This document shows positions 9,106 to 19,277 of a stretch of DNA of 64,000 nt, piece by piece (within the stretch, counting starts at the first letter, position 1; each line of letters opens with the position of its first letter). Source of the DNA: Bdellovibrionales bacterium (GTDB lineage: Bacteria > Bdellovibrionota > Bdellovibrionia > Bdellovibrionales > UBA1609); contig CBDCMT010000001.1 in NCBI GenBank assembly GCA_965219095.1, forward strand, positions 2,080,001 through 2,144,000, in the 5' to 3' direction. Made by a program: the position numbers and the translations under genes. Below the pieces are notes generated by a model. That model was not told where the DNA came from, did not search any database, and saw only the letters and a program-made list of their open reading frames with translations.

Positions 9106-10510
9106 TACCAATTACAGAAATTAATTCGACATTTTTATGTTCAAATTTAAAATTTTAAAATTGACTTAAGGAAAAGTTTCAATTAGGAGGCTTTAAAAAA
9201 GTTTTTTTTGAAGGGAGGTTGAGTTTTCATAAGATATGTTTATTTTATGTATATCTATTGTTGTGTGAATCGATTGATGGGTTAAAATAAGTGTAAAAAA
9301 GTGAGGTTAAGATGTAAAATGAAAAAAATCAGTTACGCAATTTAATTTATAGGTTCAAATTAATTTACAAGCTTGATTCATCTTGTTGTTTTGCCCAAGA
9401 TCGAGTGCATAATTTTTTAATCCTGCCCTCCTGATCGCAAAAAGTATTCCAGGCCTCACAACAAGTATTCAGTATATGGTCATAGTTTTTAAAACATGCA
9501 TTCGATAATTTGATCCTTCGTAATTGTTGCCAGACTTGTTCCATGGGATTTAATTCTGGACTATAAGGAGGTAAAGGCATCAGGGATAAATTCTTAGGAA
9601 CTATCAAAGTCTCTGTGGTATGCCAACTGGCTCTGTCCATTAAAACAATTCCATGATAGTTTTCTTGAATATTTTTAGATATCTCATCTAAGTGAATTTG
9701 CATCATCCCTGAATTACATTCCGGTAAAACCCAAGCACAGCCTTTATCTTTATCCGGACAAACTGCTCCAAAAATATAAGTGGATAAAAATTGTCTTTGT
9801 CTCACAACTCTAGGTCGTGTGCCTTTTCTTGCCCAAATCCTGCTTAAAGAACCTTGCTGGCCTATTCTGCATTCATCCTGCCACCAAATCTCTATTTTAT
9901 GAGTCTGAATCTTTTCCTTTATTTTCTCCACCTCTTCTGGAAAATGTTCCTTAAACTGTTCCATAGCTTCTTGTGAAGTTTTAGGATGAAGAGAACGACC
10001 ACTGATCCATACAATATTAAGACGGTCTAAAAGAGCATAAACCCCAGAAAGAGAATAGCAACAGTCAAATTCATTTGCTAAAAGTTCCTGTATTCCCTTT
10101 GCTCCTATGCTTCCTCCTTCTCTTGTGTCTTGAATTTCATCTAACTTGATTTTGAAGTTCTCTTCTTCTGTCACTGGCAAACGGGGTTTACGTCCTCTGC
10201 CTTTTCGATCTATCAACCCCTCGTAATCAAAGTCTACAAAAGACTGTAACCAGGATTTGATACTGTGACGGTGATAGAAAACTATACTTGCTGTTTCTTG
10301 AATCGATTTTCCTTCTTGCATATGCTGCAAAGCTTGGAGTTTTATCTTGATGTTGGCACTTCTTTCTACTTTGTAAGTAGCTAGAAAATCATACCCTTGA
10401 ATTTGTGTAACTAAATCTTTTTTCGACACTCTAAAAATTTAACAGAGTTTGATCAAAAAGCCAGGACGCTATGCGTTAAAAGAATGTCGAATTAATTTTT
10501 GGAAATGGTA
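9106..10510 (-). mobile_element. IS630 type A, intact copy (transposase 9365-10429)
   Basis: IR tacca....aaattaattcgaca; 3-bp TSD tta; WQDECR, MDRASWH and LPPYSPELNPME motifs. Confidence 0.92.
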
Positions 10511-10574
10511 TTAGGGTCTAGTTTTTATTCAAAAGTATTGATAAATCGTCATTTGTTTTAAAAAATAGTTTCAT

Positions 10575-12032
10575 ATGATAATTCTTCCTTTAGATTCTAA
10601 AAACTTAAACGGAAAGGACTATATAGTGCTTAAGAAAGCACAAAAAGAAATAAAATGTTTAGAAAAAGATTACAAGCATTTAGAAGAAGAGCATGAGCAT
10701 TTAGAAGAAGATTACAAGCATTTAGAAGAAGAGCGTGAGCGTTTAGAAGAAGAGAACAAGCGTTTAAAAAAAGATAATGAACATTTTAAAAAAGAAAATA
10801 AGAAACTAAAAGAGGAGCTTCAATCAATACGCAAGCCTCCTAAGTGGGCTAAAAAGAACAAGAATAAAAATCCAGATGGAAACCTTAAAAAAGGAAAAAA
10901 GAAGGGTCCTAAAAAGGGTCATAAAGTTCATCGAAGAAAAAGGCCTGAGGAAGCGGATCAGGAGACCACTTGGACTTCACTGGTTTGTAGTAAATGTGAC
11001 TCTGATCTTCCTCCCTCTCATAAGTGGGATGTTCACTATCAGGTGGATTTACCACCTGTAAGTCAAGTCATCACCACGAAACACATTGTAGGCTGGAGTT
11101 GGTGCAGTTGTTGTAACAAGGAGGTTTCTGTCAGTGATAAGTTGGGAGCGAGTCTTTATGGTTCTAAGTTTCATGCTCAAGTGTGTTATTGGAAATATGA
11201 GTTGGGTTTAAGTTTTGGTAAAATAACAAATCTTTTGTCTGATCAATATGGTATGGAAATCAGTCGTGGTGTTTTGTCAGAGATTATAAGTCGTACGGCA
11301 AGGAAGTTTGAGGGGGCTTACGAGGATATCAAGTCCGTGTTATCGGAGCAGGGGCATTTGCATGCTGATGAGACAGGATGGAGAGTGAATGGGAACAGTC
11401 ATTGGCTCTGGAGTTTTTCAAATGATGATGTGTCATTTTATAAGATTGATCAAACTCGTTCGCAAGATGTAGTTAAAAATGTTCTTGGAGAAGTTTTTCG
11501 TGGAGTTTTAGTTTCAGATTTTTATGCTGCCTATAACAAGATTGACTGTCAAAAGCAAAAATGTTGGCCCCATCTTTTAAGGGAGCTTCATGGGCTAAAA
11601 GAAAAACATCCTAAAAGCAAAGAAATTGCTCAGTTTTCTAAGAGAGCCAAACTTTTTTTCAAGAGGAGAAAAAGGTTGCAAAATGAATATGAGAGTAAAG
11701 AGAATATCGATCGAAAATACAAACTGCTTATGTGTGATACAGAAAAATGGGTATCAAAAAAATACAGAAGCCATGACTTACAAAGACTTTGTAAACGTTT
11801 GGTCAAATATCGAGATGAAATTTATACTTTCATTAAGTCTGGAGTAGACCCCACTAACAATTATGGAGAGAGGGAAATTAGGCCTGCTGTACTTATGAGA
11901 AAAATCTCTTATTGCAATCGCTCAGAACAGGGAGCACATAACCAAGAGGTTATGATGAGTGTCGCTCGAACGGCCAAAAAACAGAATCTATCCTTCGTTG
12001 ACATGGCTACTGAATACCTCTCTAAACATTAA
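10575..12032 (+). CDS. IS66 transposase with N-terminal heptad-repeat coiled coil
   Basis: HADETGW, VSDFY, CWPHLLRE and PTNNYGEREIR motifs. Confidence 0.92.
   Translation: MIILPLDSKNLNGKDYIVLKKAQKEIKCLEKDYKHLEEEHEHLEEDYKHLEEERERLEEENKRLKKDNEHFKKENKKLKEELQSIRKPPKWAKKNKNKNPDGNLKKGKKKGPKKGHKVHRRKRPEEADQETTWTSLVCSKCDSDLPPSHKWDVHYQVDLPPVSQVITTKHIVGWSWCSCCNKEVSVSDKLGASLYGSKFHAQVCYWKYELGLSFGKITNLLSDQYGMEISRGVLSEIISRTARKFEGAYEDIKSVLSEQGHLHADETGWRVNGNSHWLWSFSNDDVSFYKIDQTRSQDVVKNVLGEVFRGVLVSDFYAAYNKIDCQKQKCWPHLLRELHGLKEKHPKSKEIAQFSKRAKLFFKRRKRLQNEYESKENIDRKYKLLMCDTEKWVSKKYRSHDLQRLCKRLVKYRDEIYTFIKSGVDPTNNYGEREIRPAVLMRKISYCNRSEQGAHNQEVMMSVARTAKKQNLSFVDMATEYLSKH
10668..10793 (+). repeat. Six imperfect 21-bp tandem repeats (DYKHLEE-like heptads)
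   Basis: gattacaagcatttagaagaa / gagcatgagcatttagaagaa and variants. Confidence 0.85.
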
Positions 12033-12088
12033 AATCACTAGAATTTAAGTGAACAGTTACCTAAATAACAACTCACAAAATAACAAAG

Positions 12089-12414
12089 TGAACTTCCCCT
12101 GTTTCTGCGGACAGTCAATTTTCTCTTAAAGTCTCCGTAAAATGGAGGTAAAAGAAAGAATGGAAAAAGTATGAAGCAGAAATACTGTGTTTTGCTAAAA
12201 GAAAGAACGTAGATTCCACTAATAACAGAGCTGAAAGAGATCTAAGAATGACTAAGGTGAAAAAGAAAGTGTCAGGGTGTTTCAGAACAGAAGAAATGGC
12301 GAAATATTTTTGTCGCATTACCAGCTATGTTAAAACAATGAGAAATAAAGGGTATTCTTCTTTAGAAGCGATCTCTATGGCTTTAAATAAAAACTTACGA
12401 GAGTGAGCAGTTAC
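12089..12414 (+). mobile_element. Probable IS3-like left end fused to the right-end fragment of the MTINKTS-type IS66
   Basis: tgaacttcccctgtttctgcggacag end; about 12165-12414 matches 56660-56908 and ends gagcagttac. Confidence 0.7.
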
Positions 12415-12749
12415 AAATTTACTATAATCTAAGGTTTTAAATCTTTGGAATTCATGATTTAAAACTAAAAAAGGTTCAGATAGACGCATAATAGGAATAT
12501 GTTTGTTTTACAATGTGTAAAGGAAGAGTCATTAAAAATGGAAAGCAAATGCAGGAAGTTTTCTCTTATGTGATTAGAATATTCGTTACCGTATACAAAA
12601 AAAATTTTTTATATTTTTTGTAAATGGAGAAGTGTTTTTTCTTGACATACTTTTTGATAGACACTCTAAAAATTTAACAGAGTTTGATCAAAAAGCCAGG
12701 AGGTTATGCGTTAAAAAAAATGTCGAATTAATTTTTGGAAAGGATATTA

Positions 12750-12915
12750 GCACAGAGCATATGTTATGGGAATTGACCTTCCCATACCTGATTACAACAC
12801 TGTATGTCGTCGTTTAAAGGACTGCTCTATAGAACTAGGGAAGATTAAATCAAAAGAGAATATGTACGTTGTGATTGATTCTACAGGCGTAAAAATTTAT
12901 GGAGATGGAGAGCAA
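12750..12915 (+). pseudogene. IS5 (IS903 group) transposase fragment
   Basis: LPIPDYNTVCRR...VVIDSTGVKIYGDGE motif. Confidence 0.75.
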
Positions 12916-13249
12916 AGAAGCATGGTTTTTCAAAAAGGCTGGTCATCCATATGAGTATGTCAAGAAAAAACATTTTTTCATTTACAAAAAAAGACATTTT
13001 TTTTGCATGCGGTCAGTATAAGTGAGTCTGCGTCAAAATCTTTTGTGAAGAGTATCCTTAGAAAGTTCTTTTTTTTCAATACATTATGGAGTTGTTTTTT
13101 ATCTGAGAGGAAAAAACAAGGATTCTATAAAAGAGCTTTTTTAAAAGCTAAAGCTCCTTTATAGTTATAAAGCCTTACATTTAGCTTATAAATTAAGAAG
13201 GTGATGAGGCTTTTTATAAAGTTTTGAGTTTAAGAGAGGACTTGATCTT

Positions 13250-13972
13250 GTGAGACAGGTACCAAGAAATAAACATATCTCTTATAGCATTATAGGAGAT
13301 GGAAAAGTTGCAAACCATTTTTGTCGCTATTTTGATTTATTAAATCTTCCTTATACAAAATGGTCTCGATCTAGAAACTTACAAAAAGAACTTAAAACGA
13401 CCTCATCCCATGTATTGCTTTTGATTTCAGATGAGGCTATTGAATCTTTTTATAAAGAAAACAAAAAGTTTTTTCAAAAGAAAACAGTTGTTCACTTTTC
13501 AGGTTGTCATAGTTTTCCTGACATGAAGGTAGCTCATCCTCTTATGTCTTTTGGTTCAAAACTTTATGATTTAGAAGTTTACAAAAACATACCCTTTGTT
13601 TTAGAAAAAGAAGAAGATTTTTATAAGATTCTGCCTGGTTTAGAGAATCCTTTTTACTTCATTTCTAAAGAGAAGAAGGCTCTTTATCATAGTTATTGTG
13701 TTATGGCGGGTAACTTTACATCTCTTCTTTGGTCTTTTGTTGAAGAAGGTTTTAGAAAACACCTTGGCATGGACTCAAAAGTTCTTGAGGTTTATAAAAA
13801 AAAGGTTTTTGAAAACGTGATAGAAAATTCTTCTGCTTCTTTAACAGGACCTTTTTTAAGAGGAGATAAAAGCACTATTGAATTTAATCTAAAAGCTTTG
13901 GAAAAGGATAAGCTTTTTAGTATTTATGAGGCTTTTTTGAATTCATATCAAAAAAAAGAAGGAGGTTTATGA
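13250..13972 (+). CDS. panG: Rossmann-like/DUF2520 protein, probable PanG ketopantoate reductase
   Basis: IIGDGKVA, HFSG, HPLMSF, YH....MAGNF and LTGP..RGD motifs; first gene of the pan operon. Confidence 0.7.
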   Translation: MRQVPRNKHISYSIIGDGKVANHFCRYFDLLNLPYTKWSRSRNLQKELKTTSSHVLLLISDEAIESFYKENKKFFQKKTVVHFSGCHSFPDMKVAHPLMSFGSKLYDLEVYKNIPFVLEKEEDFYKILPGLENPFYFISKEKKALYHSYCVMAGNFTSLLWSFVEEGFRKHLGMDSKVLEVYKKKVFENVIENSSASLTGPFLRGDKSTIEFNLKALEKDKLFSIYEAFLNSYQKKEGGL

Positions 13973-14757
13973 ATTTGTTAAACTTTGAAAGAAAAAAGCA
14001 AAGAAAAGAAAAAATTTCTATGGTGACTTGTTATGATCATGTTTTTGCTAAAATCATAGACCAAACATCCATAGATGCTGTTTTAGTGGGTGATAGTTTG
14101 TCTATGATTGTTTATGGAGAAGAGAACACACTAAAAGCAACAGTTGATATTATGTGTAAACATGTGGAGGCTGTTAAAAAAGGAATCTCTCAAAAACCTA
14201 TTATAGGGGATCTTCCTTTTTTATCTTATAGAAAGTCTTTGGATTCTTCTTTAGAAAATGTGGAGAAAGTTATAAAAGCGGGTGCTTCTGCTGTAAAATT
14301 AGAAGGTGTTTTAGGTAATGAGAAGCTTATAACACATCTTGTGGAATCAGGAGTGCCTGTTATGGGTCATTTAGGTCTTACGCCACAGTTTTTTCATCAG
14401 TTAGGAGGGTTCAAAGTGCAAGCAAAAGAACAAAAAGAAAAAGAAATTCTTTTCAATCAAGCTTTAAAGCTTCAGGAGCTTGGTTGTTTTGGACTTGTTT
14501 TAGAAATGATCCCCTTTAGTCTAGCTAGACTCATTTCAGAAGAACTTCGTATTCCTACCATAGGTATTGGAGCAGGGCCTTATACCGATGGGCAAATTTT
14601 AGTTCTTCATGATATGTTGGGTTTGAATCAGGATTTTCAACCTCGGTTTTTAAGGACCTTTTTAAAGGGAAAACCCTTAATTCATCAGGCCTTAGAAGAT
14701 TATACAGAAGCTGTAAAGTCAGGAAGTTTTCCTTGCAGACAAGAAAGTTATGAATGA
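13969..14757 (+). CDS. panB: 3-methyl-2-oxobutanoate hydroxymethyltransferase
   Basis: TCYD, LVGDS, VKLEG, GHLGLTPQ and TIGIGAG motifs. Confidence 0.97.
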   Translation: MNLLNFERKKQRKEKISMVTCYDHVFAKIIDQTSIDAVLVGDSLSMIVYGEENTLKATVDIMCKHVEAVKKGISQKPIIGDLPFLSYRKSLDSSLENVEKVIKAGASAVKLEGVLGNEKLITHLVESGVPVMGHLGLTPQFFHQLGGFKVQAKEQKEKEILFNQALKLQELGCFGLVLEMIPFSLARLISEELRIPTIGIGAGPYTDGQILVLHDMLGLNQDFQPRFLRTFLKGKPLIHQALEDYTEAVKSGSFPCRQESYE

Positions 14758-15524
14758 TGAAAGTGATAAACAAAATTAAAGAGTTTAAAGATTATCAAAA
14801 AAGTATGTCAGGCCATGTTGGTTTTGTACCTACTTTAGGGGGACTTCACAAAGGACATCTCTCTCTTATAAGAAAAAGTGTTAAAGAAAACGATATAACT
14901 GTTGTGAGTATTTTTTTAAATCCTTTGCAATTTGATGACGAGGAGGATTTTAAAAATTACCCTGTAGCACTTGAGAGTGACTTAAAAAAGTTAGAAGCTT
15001 TTAAAACAGTTGTTGGTTTTGTCCCTTCTAAAGAAGATATGTTCCCTGAGGACTATGAGTTTTTTGTTGATGAAAAAAAAATAAGCCCTCTTATGTGCGG
15101 ACGTTTCCGTCCTAATTTCTTTAAAGGAGTGATGACTATTGTTTTAAAACTTTTTTCTCTTGTAAAACCTAGAACAGCTTATTTTGGTGAAAAAGATTAT
15201 CAGCAATATATTTTAATTAAAGCTATGGTTGAGGCTTTTTTTCTAGACATTGAGATTAAAGCCTGCCCTATTGTGAGAGATAAGGAAGGTTTAGCTTTAA
15301 GCTCTCGTAATGAACTTTTAAGTGAAGAAAAAAGGAAAAAAGCGTCTGAATTTTATAAGACTTTAAAAGAAAATAAATCTTTAGAAGAGCTTTCTAAAAT
15401 TTTAAAAGAAAAGGGGTTTGAAGTAGATTATGTAGAAGAGCATTTTAAGAGAAGATTAGGTGCTGTGGTGATTGATAAAGTTAGGCTGATTGATAATGTG
15501 TCTTTAAAGAGAGAGGTTTTATGA
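14754..15524 (+). CDS. panC: Pantoate-beta-alanine ligase
   Basis: LHKGH, NPLQF, FGEKDYQQ, GLALSSRN and RLIDN motifs. Confidence 0.96.
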   Translation: MMKVINKIKEFKDYQKSMSGHVGFVPTLGGLHKGHLSLIRKSVKENDITVVSIFLNPLQFDDEEDFKNYPVALESDLKKLEAFKTVVGFVPSKEDMFPEDYEFFVDEKKISPLMCGRFRPNFFKGVMTIVLKLFSLVKPRTAYFGEKDYQQYILIKAMVEAFFLDIEIKACPIVRDKEGLALSSRNELLSEEKRKKASEFYKTLKENKSLEELSKILKEKGFEVDYVEEHFKRRLGAVVIDKVRLIDNVSLKREVL

Positions 15525-16717
15525 ACATTTTGTTTCAACTTTCAGGTTCTATTGCTTGTTATAAATCATGTGATTTCATCAGTTTTTTACTCAAAGAAAA
15601 TCATAAAGTTAAAGTTGTAGCTACAGAGGCTGCCTTAAAATTTGTGGGGGAAGCCACTTTAGAGGGGCTTACAGGGGAAAGAGTGATAACCGATTCTTTT
15701 CAAAAAGGATTTATGATGAGCCATATAGAACTTTCTCGTTGGTGTGATAAGGCTATCTTGTGTCCGGCCACAGCTTATTCTATCAATGGTCTAGCAAAAG
15801 GTGTCCTTAAAAATATTATAGGAGATATTTTTTTAGCCTTTCCTTTCAAACAAAAGCCTTACTATATTGTTCCTGCTATGAATTCTTTTATGCTCTCTCA
15901 CCCTACAGTCAGACAATCTCTTCTTACTTTGAACTCTTTTGAGGGGGTTTTTGTTTTTCCTACTGAGAAAGGAATTTTAGCTTGTAAAGAAGAAGGCTAT
16001 GGAAAGCTTTTAAGTATAAGTAAAATTTATGAAAGAATTTTTAGAAAAAAGAAGGCGAAAATTCTTATTACAGGGGGAGCAACAGAAGAACCTATAGATT
16101 CTGTGCGTTATTTAACAAACAAAAGTACAGGTAAAACAGCAACCTTTTTAGCTGAAAAATTTCATAAAGAAGGCTATGATGTTACCTTTTTAAAAAGTAA
16201 GAGGATAGAAAAGAGAATAGAAGAAAGTTCTCTAAGACAGATAAGTTTTACATCTTTTAAAAATTTAGACAAGAGGCTTAAACATCTTTTATCCTCAGAA
16301 TCATACGATTTTGTTTTTCATTTAGCTGCTGTGAGTGATTATTCTTTAGAGAAACCTCAACAACATTTTAAAATTGATTCTTCTTCCGAGAATCTTCACC
16401 TAAAATTGAAGAGGAATAAAAAGATTTTAGAATTTATAAAAAGCTATTCTCTGTCTCAAACCACAAAAGTTATAGGCTATAAATTAACTGTGAAATCTGA
16501 GGGGAAAAAAGAAGTTGAAAGAATTTTTTCTCAAGGAGGAGTTGATTATGTTGTTCATAATGATCTTTTAGAAATGACAGATAGAGTTCATCCTTTTTCT
16601 CTTTATAACGTGAAAGGAAAGACTGCCAGTGGCCAGAGTAAAGGGGATATGTATGAGGTTCTAAAAGGTGTTGTAGATGCTTCACAAAAGGAGAAAGAGT
16701 GTGATCTTATGTCTTGA
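15521..16717 (+). CDS. coaBC: Bifunctional PPC decarboxylase / PPC synthetase
   Basis: SGSIACYK, PAMN, TGGATEEPIDSVRYLTNKSTG and AAVSDY motifs. Confidence 0.93.
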   Translation: MNILFQLSGSIACYKSCDFISFLLKENHKVKVVATEAALKFVGEATLEGLTGERVITDSFQKGFMMSHIELSRWCDKAILCPATAYSINGLAKGVLKNIIGDIFLAFPFKQKPYYIVPAMNSFMLSHPTVRQSLLTLNSFEGVFVFPTEKGILACKEEGYGKLLSISKIYERIFRKKKAKILITGGATEEPIDSVRYLTNKSTGKTATFLAEKFHKEGYDVTFLKSKRIEKRIEESSLRQISFTSFKNLDKRLKHLLSSESYDFVFHLAAVSDYSLEKPQQHFKIDSSSENLHLKLKRNKKILEFIKSYSLSQTTKVIGYKLTVKSEGKKEVERIFSQGGVDYVVHNDLLEMTDRVHPFSLYNVKGKTASGQSKGDMYEVLKGVVDASQKEKECDLMS

Positions 16718-17471
16718 TTTAGGAAACACTTATCTTCATGGAGGCCTTTTTTGTAACCATGAAATTGTCCTTGAGTTTCGAAAAAACCTTGAAAAATCAA
16801 GCTCTTCTGATGAGTGGGGGCTTTTTCTAAAAGCAGTTTTGTTTGAAAATAATTATGATTTTAAAAAGGTTCAAAAAATTGCCATTTGTTCTGTTGTACC
16901 TGAAGCTCTTTATTCTCTTCAAAGAGGCTGTTTTAAATACTTCCGTATCAATCCCTTTGTTTTAAAACAAGGAGTAAAGACAAGGCTTAAGATTAACTAT
17001 CGTTATCCTTCAGAGCTGGGAGCTGATCGTATTGCCAACTCTATGGGAGCTTTGAAATTGTTTGAAAATAAGGATATTGTGATCATTGACTTTGGAACAG
17101 CGATTACTTTATGTGCGGTTTCTCGATCAAAGGAGTATTTAGGCGGTGCTATTTTAGCAGGTCTTGGAACCTCTATGAAAGCTTTAGAGGAAGAGGCTGC
17201 CAAGTTGTCTGCTGTTGAGATTAAAAAACCTCATTCTATAACAGGTCGATCAACAGAAGAAGGTCTTCAAGCAGGTCTTTATTATGGAGCTTTAGGGGCA
17301 GTTCAAGAGATCAAAAAACGTATCTTAAAAGAAACCTTCCCCCAAGATTCTGTTGAAGTAATAGGGACTGGAGGGTTTTCTCATTTATACAAACAAACAG
17401 ATTTGTTTAAGCATCATGAAAAACATTTATCTTTAAAAGGTTTGTATGAATCTCTGAAGCTTAACACTTAG
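16701..17471 (+). CDS. coaX: Type III pantothenate kinase
   Basis: DLGNT, LGADR, IDFGTA and TGG motifs; GTG start after AAGGAG. Confidence 0.95.
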   Translation: MILCLDLGNTYLHGGLFCNHEIVLEFRKNLEKSSSSDEWGLFLKAVLFENNYDFKKVQKIAICSVVPEALYSLQRGCFKYFRINPFVLKQGVKTRLKINYRYPSELGADRIANSMGALKLFENKDIVIIDFGTAITLCAVSRSKEYLGGAILAGLGTSMKALEEEAAKLSAVEIKKPHSITGRSTEEGLQAGLYYGALGAVQEIKKRILKETFPQDSVEVIGTGGFSHLYKQTDLFKHHEKHLSLKGLYESLKLNT

Positions 17472-17557
17472 TCTAATTTTTAGAAATCTTAAGTGACTAT
17501 ATTTTAATGACTGTGGAAAATTCCCTCGATAAAATACCTCCTAACTGCAATTCACTA

Positions 17558-17630
17558 GTGTTCTGACCAGTTAATTCTTTTACAGTTCTTCTAAGGTGAA
17601 GTTATGAAAAAAATTTACTGGTTAAAGCAC
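17558..17630. mobile_element. 73-bp MITE with IS630-like ends at a CTAG site
   Basis: ctag-tgttctgaccagt ... actggttaaagca-ctag; a perfect right end actggtcagaacactag also lies at 59731-59747. Confidence 0.65.
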
Positions 17631-17632
17631 TA

Positions 17633-18909
17633 GTACAGCATAACATTAAATTTTAATATTTTCATAATGCCTCTTAAACTTATTTCTAGCCTTATTATTT
17701 GTAAACTGCCAATTAATTTTGATTCTGTCTTTGTTTCTCTTACGGGTCCAAGTTTCTACTTCTTTTTTTAGTTGTTCAAAACTTCCTATACGTCGGTTTA
17801 AACATTGCTTTGAAAGAGCCGAAAACTCGATTTCTGCCATATTTAACCAACTGGCCTTTTTAGGAGTATAAATCATCTCAAGTCTATTTTTTAACTCCAA
17901 GGCCTTTTGAGCTGGCATGTTCTCATAAAAAGAAGAGCCATTGTGAGTGTTTAAATTATCTTGTATCAATGTGATCTTGTCTACGTCCTTATAATATAAG
18001 GACATTTTTCTCATGAAAAGAGCATAATCTTTCTTTGTTTTTCTCTTTCTTACCTCTACAATTCTTCTTCCACTCAATGGCTCTATGGCTAAGAACACAA
18101 CACAGGTTCCATTTCTTTTGTAATGATAATCCTCTCTTTTTTCTTTTCCAGGGCTTACAGGAACTGGCATCAAAACATCTTCTATCAATTGACAAGGACG
18201 CTCATCAAAACAAAGAACAGGACGATTAGAATCTAGCTTTCTTTCATAAACTTCTAAAACAGACTCCATTTGGCAAATAAAATGAGAATCGATCTTGCTT
18301 AAACACCACTGTCTTTTTAAATGAGGTTTGACTTCGTTTTTTTTAATATACGACCCACATGGGTGTGAGAAATAGAGTCTACAACATTTAACTCAACCAA
18401 CTTATCAGATAGCATCTGTAAACTCCATCGACCATAACCTTCAGGAGCTTTCGTACAAGCTAAACTCGTAATCTTCGTCCTTTGCTTCCCTGTAAACTTA
18501 GGAGGCTTTCCAGGACGAGGAGCATCATAAAGTGCTCTCCCTAATCCTCCCTTCAAGTACCCTTCTTTGATATTTTGAATAGTCCCTAAAGTTCTCACTC
18601 CAAGAATCTCACAAACCTCTGTGGAACCCTTCCCTTGATGGCTTAAAAGTAAAACCCTGGCTCGTGTTAAAACTCGAGACTGATTCACTCCCTTCTTCAA
18701 CATCTTCTCTAATTTTGTCTTCTCTGAACTCTTTAACTTTATCCTTACTTTTGGCTTTCTTTTTGCTTTTGGATTTGCTCTTGCCTTTGTTTTTAATTTC
18801 ATCTTTGATCTCATATCCCCTCCTTGGACTTTTTATTAAACTACAACAAATATTATAGGAACAACAAAAATACAAGTCAAATATATTGAAATTTAAGGTT
18901 ATGCTGTAC
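17633..18909 (-). mobile_element. IS630 type C; two ORFs (18317-18814 and 17646 to about 18340) joined by a probable -1 frameshift
   Basis: IR gtacagcataac / gttatgctgtac in CTAG; A8C slippery run at about 18336-18344; FDERP, QDNLNTH and SWLNMAEIE motifs. Confidence 0.9.
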
Positions 18910-19024
18910 TAGTGCAACCCTTTCTTTCATCATAACCTCATAAGGTGTTAACCAGCACGCAGATATGATTGATAGTACAGAAGACTCATTTTTGAAAAAC
19001 TTTTTTGTCAATGACTTACTTTTT

Positions 19025-19053
19025 TTGCTTGACTGACTGGTCATTCATATAAG
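19025..19053 (+). promoter_or_regulatory. Possible sigma70 promoter with a TetR-like operator
   Basis: TTGCTT-17-TATAAG with near-palindrome tgactgactggtcattca in the spacer. Confidence 0.4.
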
Positions 19054-19061
19054 CAAAAACA

Positions 19062-19153
19062 ATACGAAAACATAGCCACTTATTCTTAATGACTTCAAGA
19101 CTAAAAAGGCCTTCTCTTCACACGGATTGTAGAGGGTTTAAGCAACAAAGTAA
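19062..19153 (+). pseudogene. Degenerate ISL3 transposase fragment
   Basis: Resembles 3523-3613 (…ttcaagactaaaaaggccttctc…gtagagggttta…caacaaagtaa). Confidence 0.75.
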
Positions 19154-19277
19154 CTTAAAGGACGTAATCTGCTGTAATTATTTTGATTTTATCGATTTTA
19201 ATCGTTTCTAGAGGTTAATTTCTTCCTAAAGTATCTTGAATTTTTTATTTGATTAAGTTAAAATTAAGCCATCTATT

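Larger units (their letters stand above)
8998..12060 (+). mobile_element. Single-ORF IS66 (ISBst12-like) carrying an IS630 insertion
   Basis: IR gtaactgttca / tgaacagttac; 8-bp TSD ctaaataa (8990-8997, 12061-12068). Confidence 0.92.
7600..12088 (-). pseudogene. IS66 TnpC remnant interrupted by IS5 and a second IS66
   Basis: Pieces 12069-12088, 8911-8997 and 7600-8036 rejoin to ...LEPVREKIKEELL..IHIDETPW...TDGY...CWSHARRKF. Confidence 0.8.

Noticed and set aside
10668..10793. Possible CRISPR array
   Set aside because: Contiguous in-frame coding repeats without spacers; no cas genes
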